64,000 bases of DNA from positions 1-64,000 of the IMG/VR virus record IMGVR_UViG_3300043464_002365. One strand, given 5' to 3'. The position numbers and the translations under genes are program-made. Numbering within the stretch: position 1 is the stretch's first letter; the number at the start of each line of letters is the position of its first letter. The notes beneath the pieces were generated by a model, which worked only from the letters and a program-made list of their open reading frames with translations, did no database searches and was not told the DNA's origin. This DNA is from a virus. This document shows, in pieces, positions 57,452-64,000 of the stretch.

Positions 57452-57801
57452 GCCGCTCAATCCCATCATTTATCAATCGTTGCGGGCTATTGACTGGCAC
57501 AATGCCCAGTATTTTCTCACCATGGACCAGTGGCATCTTGAAAAAGCTGCCATCATTAGGCAGTATGTAACAGAACTAAAGGCTTGGATTTATGAGCAGG
57601 AAGAGTGCGTGGAGAATTTGGGCAAAGGCTTTGGGAGAAAAGGCAAGCAAGCATGATCACGAAGCAGACAAAGTGGCGCTGATTCGCACATTGATCTTCG
57701 CATCGTATTTAATCACTAATATTGCCATCGTGACCAACGCTTGGCGGCATTGGGAGAAGCAACCTTTGAGTTGTATTCAGGCAATAAAAAAGGGAGCTTA
57801 A
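57414..57801 (+). CDS. Two small cyanophage-type ORFs (57414-57656, 57592-57801)
   Basis: FNTPLREP.NPII and WRIWAKALGEKAS..D.EAD motifs. Confidence 0.55.
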
Positions 57802-58034
57802 GCTCCCTTCAGGAAAGGCCGAGGAGTAGAGCTAGGAAAACAAGTCCTCCTCCTTTGTGTTCTTTATTCTTCTGTTGCTTTTGCCTTTTGCGAGAGTCGC
57901 GCGAACACTGACGCAGCATAGACATCTTGCCGCCACGTTTTCGTGGTTGCAAAGGGCGAAATTTTCGTGCCATGGAAAGACGAGGAAAAGGGGGGCTTAC
58001 GCCCCTGCGACATTACAACAAGACTCGCGCCATG

Positions 58035-58154
58035 TCAAAACCAATGAGGCTTGGGCACGTAAGCGACGCCACGATAAACGAGGCTTGCATGTTGTGCTTC
58101 ACGCAGGCGAGCTGCTTTCTCAAGCTGTCGCTTGATGAGGGCGAGTGGGTTCAT
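58035..58154 (-). CDS. DUF4278-family small protein (39 aa)
   Basis: LVYRGVAY motif; directly downstream of the riboswitch. Confidence 0.75.
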   Translation of the reverse strand: MNPLALIKRQLEKAARLREAQHASLVYRGVAYVPKPHWF

Positions 58155-58170
58155 GATGGTTCCCGATGAT

Positions 58171-58220
58171 GCTGGTCCCGTTCCGTACCAGCTAGTCATG
58201 CGCCCCTTGAGGGGTGAACG
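58171..58220 (-). ncRNA. Glutamine-II (Downstream-peptide) riboswitch
   Basis: CGUUCA-CCCC-UCAA-GGGG-CGCA...GCUGGU-ACGGAACG-GG-ACCAGC with pseudoknot; TACACT -10 box upstream. Confidence 0.85.
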
Positions 58221-58429
58221 TACCATCAGTGTAGCAAAGGGGAGGCTAGAGGAAGTTGAGGGCGCCGAGCGGGGCTTCAGTCCGCTTTTGTACGACATTT
58301 CAGAGCAGGTCGGCCTGCTCCCCTCTTCCCCTGGGGGAACAATGGCGCCTGAAACCATTGTTCCTTTTGAACTAACGCTGGCCAGCGTGCTTCGCGAAAG
58401 CTCCAAAAGCATAGCATGGTTTCGTGGGT

Positions 58430-58696
58430 TCAAACGTCATATTCTCTACAGGATTGATCTTGGGGATGGGCGCGGCAGTAGTCATCAAAGCTGTCCTCTC
58501 CATCGTGAACAGCCTGTTCAAGCAAGGCAATTTGCTTAATGCGTTTGATGTGCGCCTGAAGCTTTGGCAGGAGAGTGGGCACGTAAAGATGTTCAGCAGC
58601 AAGAAGCTGCAAAGCAGTTTGTCTGTTTGAACTGCCGCATTCAAGCAGGGACACAAGAAACTTTGCCTCCTGCATAGTTAAATCGTTGCTCTTCAT
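58430..58696 (-). CDS. Hypothetical protein with CP12-like C-terminus
   Basis: Ends FDDYCRAHPQDQSCREYDV. Confidence 0.55.
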   Translation of the reverse strand: MKSNDLTMQEAKFLVSLLECGSSNRQTALQLLAAEHLYVPTLLPKLQAHIKRIKQIALLEQAVHDGEDSFDDYCRAHPQDQSCREYDV

Positions 58697-58727
58697 TCCA
58701 TAGCAGAACTATTGTTTGAAAATCATA

Positions 58728-60098
58728 CTAGGAGATAAGGCTTTCAATCCAGCCAATGTCATCATCTTTACTTGCGGCAAGAATGGCACCTGCCATTGCA
58801 AACGCTAAGTCATCAATTCCAGAAGCTTTACCGCCAGTCACGCTCCATTGTCCACTGGGCTTGTAGATAACAGTGAGGTTTTTGAGCTGCATAATTGCTT
58901 TTTCATGGCGATATAAATTAATTTGTCCTGCATTGAACAATTCTCGCATCTTGCTGAATGCTTTCATCTTGGAGCTAACAGTCCAAGTGAGTTCCGTGAT
59001 GGGAAGGTCGCTTGCCAAGCTTTGAATGGTGCCAGCGCTGTTGAACTGGTCCATCACAATGGTGTCGAAGACGTACAGACGGTGCTGCTCTTTAATCCAA
59101 TCTTCCACTGCATTAATATTCACCTCCATTCTTCCATTGATTTCAAAATCAGCCACGAAAGAGTGGAATTTGTCAACGACTAGCGTGCCGTTTTCGTAAT
59201 GCACAATACAAGCAGTGTAGTCGTCACGGCCAACGCCACCACGGGCGGGGTCAAGGGCAAGAACGTAAGCGCCTTGGAATTCAGGACGGGGAGGCAGGGC
59301 TGCACGCATGTCGTCAATACATGCGTCAACAACATCGCTGGCAACGAGGGCGGAGAGATTGGTAGTAAACTGAGCTGCATATTCCACCTTAAATTTTTCA
59401 GGATCTCGCGCTCTTTCGGCGTCAAGAAAGTCCTGGGAAATATTAGGATTCATCACCCAAGTTGGATGATTCTCAGCAATCATAAATGGAAATCTTCCAG
59501 AACTTGCCTCTTGGAAGTGCTGATAAAAAATACCACCGTCTAACCATGGAGAAGAAAGCTCAAGAATGCGTCCTTTGCCGCCAAACTGAGCGATGGCGGG
59601 TGAAAGTGCGTCATAAATGCCCCTGCCGCCGCTATTTGCGTCTCCTTCGGTGGCGAAGGCAAGCTCGTCAAATACAGCGCCTGCGCAAGCTAGGCCGCGA
59701 GCAGCGCGTCCAGATGTAGGCACCGCCTTGAACACGCATCCATTGCTGATTTCAATGATGTCCGCAGTTTCGCGGACAATCTCTTGGGCAAAGGGGCTAT
59801 CAAGAATTAATTGACGGATGTTATTTAATGCAATACGCGCCTGGTCTTGCGAGTTGGCCACCGCAACAATGTACCATTTTTCGCCCTTTCTCACCTTGCG
59901 CCTGTAATCTTCTTCAAGTACAAAGCACATGTAAACGCAAGCGACTGCCGCCATTAGTGTTTTGCCACTACGTCTTCCCAGTGCCCACACTGCAGTGGAT
60001 ATTCCAGGGCGGAAAAAATTATCAAGAAGCTCTGCTTGTTTTGGATAAAGAGAAAGCTTTAGCGCGTGACGCGCAAAGTCTGAGCATCGCAGTGTCAT
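58728..60098 (-). CDS. terL: Terminase large subunit
   Basis: GRRSGKT Walker A, AVFDELAF Walker B, LSSP, ALDPA and DDLAFA nuclease motifs. Confidence 0.92.
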   Translation of the reverse strand: MTLRCSDFARHALKLSLYPKQAELLDNFFRPGISTAVWALGRRSGKTLMAAVACVYMCFVLEEDYRRKVRKGEKWYIVAVANSQDQARIALNNIRQLILDSPFAQEIVRETADIIEISNGCVFKAVPTSGRAARGLACAGAVFDELAFATEGDANSGGRGIYDALSPAIAQFGGKGRILELSSPWLDGGIFYQHFQEASSGRFPFMIAENHPTWVMNPNISQDFLDAERARDPEKFKVEYAAQFTTNLSALVASDVVDACIDDMRAALPPRPEFQGAYVLALDPARGGVGRDDYTACIVHYENGTLVVDKFHSFVADFEINGRMEVNINAVEDWIKEQHRLYVFDTIVMDQFNSAGTIQSLASDLPITELTWTVSSKMKAFSKMRELFNAGQINLYRHEKAIMQLKNLTVIYKPSGQWSVTGGKASGIDDLAFAMAGAILAASKDDDIGWIESLIS

Positions 60099-60099
60099 T

Positions 60100-60813
60100 T
60101 TAATTGTTGCAAATTTGAGCCTTCCATCCACGATGCACGTTACGATCTCCCCGTGCTACCGCCCTTATTGCGCGAGGATCAAGGCCGTGCTCGTTGCAGA
60201 AGGCAGACAATCGTTCTGGGGTGTGAATTTCCCCAGCAGGACTAATAAGTCTATAAATATGTCTTGCGCGTGAAAGTGATAATTTTTCTTTTGTTTCTTC
60301 CGAGGTTACGCGACCCATTCCAGCAAGCGCGATTTTGCGCTTATGGTCTTCAGACAGCTCTCTTCCCTTGGCGGCTCTTGATATCTTAAGTCTTGTCTCT
60401 ATCGAGATTTCTCTACCTTTTTGGCTTTGAGACATTTTCTGTCTTGTTTCTTGGCTGCACTTCCTCCCTGTATGCAATTCAATTAGGGCCAGCCTCCTTT
60501 CTTCCGATAGTACAGCCCCCGATGGCCCTTTACCCCCATCGCAAAGGTTGCGAAGAACCCCGCGTCCTTTGTCAATTCGCCCATACAACGCAATGCAGTA
60601 TTTTTCAAGACGAAAAGCTTCCTCCTCTGTTAGACCTTCTTGAATGAAAACAATAAATTCTTTAGAACGCGGGGCTTTAATGGTTCTTTTATTGGAAAAA
60701 GCCCTCCTATCTTTGCCTTTACCGATGTAATACGGAGTGTACTTTGCGCCAAACGAAGAGTCGCTGCTCCTCAAATAAGCGTAAACATAATAAGGGCAAT
60801 CAGACTTTTTCAT
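60100..60813 (-). CDS. GIY-YIG homing endonuclease with NUMOD3 repeats
   Basis: YYVYAYLR...PYYIGKG...R; NL.DGG.G; repeated SEETK.K.S. Confidence 0.85.
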   Translation of the reverse strand: MKKSDCPYYVYAYLRSSDSSFGAKYTPYYIGKGKDRRAFSNKRTIKAPRSKEFIVFIQEGLTEEEAFRLEKYCIALYGRIDKGRGVLRNLCDGGKGPSGAVLSEERRLALIELHTGRKCSQETRQKMSQSQKGREISIETRLKISRAAKGRELSEDHKRKIALAGMGRVTSEETKEKLSLSRARHIYRLISPAGEIHTPERLSAFCNEHGLDPRAIRAVARGDRNVHRGWKAQICNN

Positions 60814-61300
60814 TGATAACAAGAGAGGAGATGTCGCGCAGTTCATGCTGCGGCACGAAATAAGCAGGACGCCCTTTGGCAGGGTCCGCCCAATACCGAG
60901 GCTGCATCGCGTCTTGACCTAGGCACCACCCGCGAATAATAATATCTTCTTCGATGGTGACAAGAACTAGTTTCTTCCGAGGATTTTCGTCTTTCTGGAC
61001 AATCAGATCGCGGCTGTGTCCTTTTCTGGTTTTTACGTCAATCATGCCAGGCAGATCACAAGATCCCCTCACTGCCATTGTTTCACTGTATAACCAGTTC
61101 TTTAGCCCCAGAAAGGACGCTACAGCCATTTCTCCAGTTGAGCCCAGTACATGAGCCTCCAGCGCCTTGTTTCCAAGCGCGGGAGCGCCATTGCGTCCAC
61201 GAAGGCCGCGCTGCTCATTCAGGGACTGCCTTCTGTGCGCCTCCTTTAAAGCCAATGCTTTCTCTTGTTGTGTCAGGATGACACTGGCCAAGCTTGACAT
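60800..61300 (-). CDS. Hypothetical protein with restriction-endonuclease-like motif
   Basis: GEMAVA..L...D....IDVKT. Confidence 0.5.
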   Translation of the reverse strand: MSSLASVILTQQEKALALKEAHRRQSLNEQRGLRGRNGAPALGNKALEAHVLGSTGEMAVASFLGLKNWLYSETMAVRGSCDLPGMIDVKTRKGHSRDLIVQKDENPRKKLVLVTIEEDIIIRGWCLGQDAMQPRYWADPAKGRPAYFVPQHELRDISSLVINEKV

Positions 61301-61364
61301 GTGAACGCGGCTGATGCGGCCATCATAGCCGCTAGACTCGGTATAAGGCAACCATTGTGGTCAG

Positions 61365-63452
61365 ATGTCAGAAGAAGCAGTAGATCTTGGACATGCAAGA
61401 GCTGATGGTATTCGCTCTGACGGACTCGCGAACGTCTTAACGGGAATGAACACCGCCCGTGACAAAAGCCAATACACTAAAACTACAGCCACTGTTTTTC
61501 TTGCGCAAGAAGAACTAGAAAATCTTTATGGTGAATGGCTTCCTCGTCGTATTGTTGACATTTATGCTGATCAAGCCACTCGCAAAGGCTTCAAAGTATT
61601 GTTTGGCGGAGAAGGCGTTAGGGCCGAAGAAGTGCAGGGCATTGAGCAAGTAATTGAAGACCTATACATCCTTGAACAGCTCAACCTCGCAGCCAAAAAC
61701 TCCCGCCTTTATGGGGGTGCTTGTCTACTTCTTTTTATTGACGATGGGCGTCCCGCTTATATGCCTGTCGATAAACGGAATATCCGTCGCATCGAAGACA
61801 TTGAGTGTTTGGACCGATGGCAAATTGCGCCCGTTATTAATGAAGAAAACCTCTACGACTATTCAAAAGCCAATTATTATCAGATCATCTCTGGTGATTT
61901 AATTAACCAGCCACAGCTCACTTATATCCACAAGGATAGGATTCTTCGCTTTGACGGGGATTGGCTGCCCTATCGCGTTCGGCAAAGGAATTATGGATGG
62001 GGTATGAGCAGCTTGCAAACTGTTTATGACAGCTTCCGCCATTATTGGACTGGCCTGAACTCGGCAGCAACTCTCCTGACGGAGTTTGATATTTTTGTGC
62101 ATAAAGTGAGGGGACTTGCGGCAATGCTTGCTGCTGGCAAGGAAAGCTCCATCCGTGACCGTCTGCAAGTGAACGATATGAGCAAGAGCATTTATCGCGG
62201 CTATGCAATTGACGCTGAGAAAGAAGAGCTGGAATTCATTAGTCGCAACTTTGGTGGCATTGGAGAAATCTTAGAAAAGCTACGCGTTGATATTATTGGC
62301 GCCAGCAAGATTCCTCACACTGTTTTGTTTGGTGAAAGCCCTGGAGGACTGGGCTCTACTGGCCGCAGTGAAGAGCGTGATTTTGCAAAGACACTAGCCG
62401 ATTATCAAAGCGTCCATTTCAAGCGGCCCATCAAAAAGCTGATGGAACTGATCATGCTTAGCAAAGAAGGACCGACCAAAGGAGAATTGCCTGAATCATG
62501 GCGCATCTCCTTTAATCCATTGTTCGAGCTTAATGAGCGCGAAATGGCTGACGTACGGGCGCGTGTGGCGGCTGTAGACGGCCGTTACATCCAGCTTGGC
62601 GTACTGAGTCCCAAGGAGGTGGCGGATGCCCGTTATGGCGGTTCTGAGTGGAGCATGGAGCTTACGCTTGACCCGTCCGTAGTGCGGGAACTTCCCACTC
62701 AAGCCGGGGGTGGTTCCACTCAGGATGGGGGTGGTTCTGGAAAGATGGCAGTGCCTCCTGGTGGCCGCGATCCCATGAATGAGGAGAATGGCACGCTTCC
62801 CATGGACGGGAGCAGGGAAGTGACAGACTCAGCTTCGCTTCATCTGTCGGGCGATCTTGAGAAAGTGCGTGGCGACGTAAAATTCACGGACGAAGCATTG
62901 CATTCACGAGCAGTGAGTGCCGCTAAAGCTAAGTTCAAAGTGTGGCCGTCTGCTTATGCCAGCGGCTACGTCGTGCAACAGTACAAGCAAATGTACAAAA
63001 AGAAGCATGGCTCGCTGAGCGGAGCTTTCAAGAGCGACGAACAGGAGCTTCATGCCGATGATCTTGATAAGTGGTTTAAGGAGAAATGGGTGAGGATTGG
63101 CGCTAATGGCGAAATCCTTGGTCCATGTGGCGCTCGTGAAGAGAAAGAAGGCAAGCCCAAGTGCCTTCCCGAAGCCAAAGCTCAAGCCATGAGCAAAGAA
63201 GAACGGCAAACAATTGTGGCTCGCAAGCGCAAAGCCGATCCCAATCCAGAACGTAAAGGGCCAGCAAAGAATGTCAGCAGCAAAGTGGATGCGCTTGAGC
63301 CCATGAAAGTGGAAGGTCTCATCCTTTCTGACGTGGACGAAGCATCGCTGATTAGTCCAGAAGACATTGACGCTGCATTGAATCAATGGAAGGAGGAAGC
63401 TCCTGAGCGTTTCAAGGATATTCTGGAGGCTGAAGATGCAAGGCCTGAATGA
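61365..63452 (+). CDS. Portal protein (DUF1073-type) with C-terminal extension
   Basis: DGLANVLTG, RLYGGA, ASKIPHTVLFGESPGGL and FNPLF motifs. Confidence 0.85.
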   Translation: MSEEAVDLGHARADGIRSDGLANVLTGMNTARDKSQYTKTTATVFLAQEELENLYGEWLPRRIVDIYADQATRKGFKVLFGGEGVRAEEVQGIEQVIEDLYILEQLNLAAKNSRLYGGACLLLFIDDGRPAYMPVDKRNIRRIEDIECLDRWQIAPVINEENLYDYSKANYYQIISGDLINQPQLTYIHKDRILRFDGDWLPYRVRQRNYGWGMSSLQTVYDSFRHYWTGLNSAATLLTEFDIFVHKVRGLAAMLAAGKESSIRDRLQVNDMSKSIYRGYAIDAEKEELEFISRNFGGIGEILEKLRVDIIGASKIPHTVLFGESPGGLGSTGRSEERDFAKTLADYQSVHFKRPIKKLMELIMLSKEGPTKGELPESWRISFNPLFELNEREMADVRARVAAVDGRYIQLGVLSPKEVADARYGGSEWSMELTLDPSVVRELPTQAGGGSTQDGGGSGKMAVPPGGRDPMNEENGTLPMDGSREVTDSASLHLSGDLEKVRGDVKFTDEALHSRAVSAAKAKFKVWPSAYASGYVVQQYKQMYKKKHGSLSGAFKSDEQELHADDLDKWFKEKWVRIGANGEILGPCGAREEKEGKPKCLPEAKAQAMSKEERQTIVARKRKADPNPERKGPAKNVSSKVDALEPMKVEGLILSDVDEASLISPEDIDAALNQWKEEAPERFKDILEAEDARPE

Positions 63453-64000
63453 TCTATCAACGTTCGCTGCCGCTCTTGAACTGCGTCTTGATGAATCCTC
63501 ATGGCGCTACGACCCCGTTGCTGGCCGTTATCGCGGAAGTAACGGACGCTTCCTTAGTCAGTCTGCCGTTGAAGCTTTGGTTGATGGTCGAATTAACAAG
63601 CTTGGCACTTTGCTACGTCGTCTTACAAACATGCTTAGCAACGGCGATATTACGCTGGTTCAATGGCAGGAAAGCGTAAGGGAAGCGCTTAAGCTTGCGC
63701 ATGTACAAGCAGCAATCATTGGCAATGGTGGCAGGGACAATATGCAGGCTTCAGACTGGGGCCGCATCGGTCAGCGCCTTCGTGCGGAATACCGTTATCT
63801 GGAGGGTTTTGCTCGCGATCTTCTGGCTGGGAGCATTTCTACTCCCATGGCTATTGCTCGTATCGGCATGTATGCTCAAGCTGTGCGAGGTTCTTACTGG
63901 GAAGGCAGTGCAATTCGTCAAGAGCGACAAGGCTATAGCCTGATGCGCCGTATCCTCGATCCCCAAGCGAAGCATTGCGAGGACTGCGTACGTTTTGCTG
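63436..64000 (+). CDS. Head morphogenesis/minor capsid protein, 3' truncated
   Basis: Manual translation MQGLNDLST...HCEDC, open to the window end; follows portal. Confidence 0.65.
   Translation, partial: MQGLNDLSTFAAALELRLDESSWRYDPVAGRYRGSNGRFLSQSAVEALVDGRINKLGTLLRRLTNMLSNGDITLVQWQESVREALKLAHVQAAIIGNGGRDNMQASDWGRIGQRLRAEYRYLEGFARDLLAGSISTPMAIARIGMYAQAVRGSYWEGSAIRQERQGYSLMRRILDPQAKHCEDCVRFA

Noticed and set aside
58728-60813. Group I intron splitting terL
   Set aside because: TerL appears complete from MTLRCSDF, and the endonuclease ORF abuts its neighbours, leaving no room for an intron core
61365-63452. Anti-CBASS Acb1 nuclease
   Set aside because: Sequence and synteny indicate a portal protein; no paired HxT 2H-phosphoesterase motifs are evident
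1-64000. Integrase/repressor, DNA polymerase, psbA/hli genes
   Set aside because: No recognisable motifs in this window; they could lie outside it

Overview
This window covers most of a tailed dsDNA phage genome with a long non-contractile tail (siphovirus type), very probably infecting a picocyanobacterium (Synechococcus/Cyanobium-like). It starts inside the major capsid gene and ends inside a head-morphogenesis gene. Layout: 1-24.6 kb (+) head, tail and fibre genes; 24.6-34 kb (mostly -) lysis, nucleotide metabolism (ThyX, dCTP deaminase) and recombination; 34-48 kb (+) primase-helicase plus many small early genes; 48.2-51.4 kb repeat arrays followed by a compositionally aberrant cassette with an Ocr-like gene, the probable first-injected end; 53.7-57.8 kb RNR, an ncRNA cluster and a phosphoesterase; 57.8-61.3 kb (-) glutamine riboswitch with DUF4278, TerL and a homing endonuclease; 61.4 kb onward (+) portal. 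No integrase, DNA polymerase, photosynthesis gene or CRISPR array was seen. Most interesting signals: (1) seven promoters carrying a direct repeat that matches the host RpaB/HLR1 light-response site at near-fixed spacing; (2) a leading-end anti-restriction cassette (repeat arrays, promoter, rrn-type boxA, mini-tRNA-like element, Ocr-like gene) whose DNA is dominated by CT/GA low-complexity codons; (3) a (T/A)AG-N7-CACT motif at module borders; (4) several structured non-coding elements. All family assignments come from motif recognition by eye, with no database searches, and all counts are manual.
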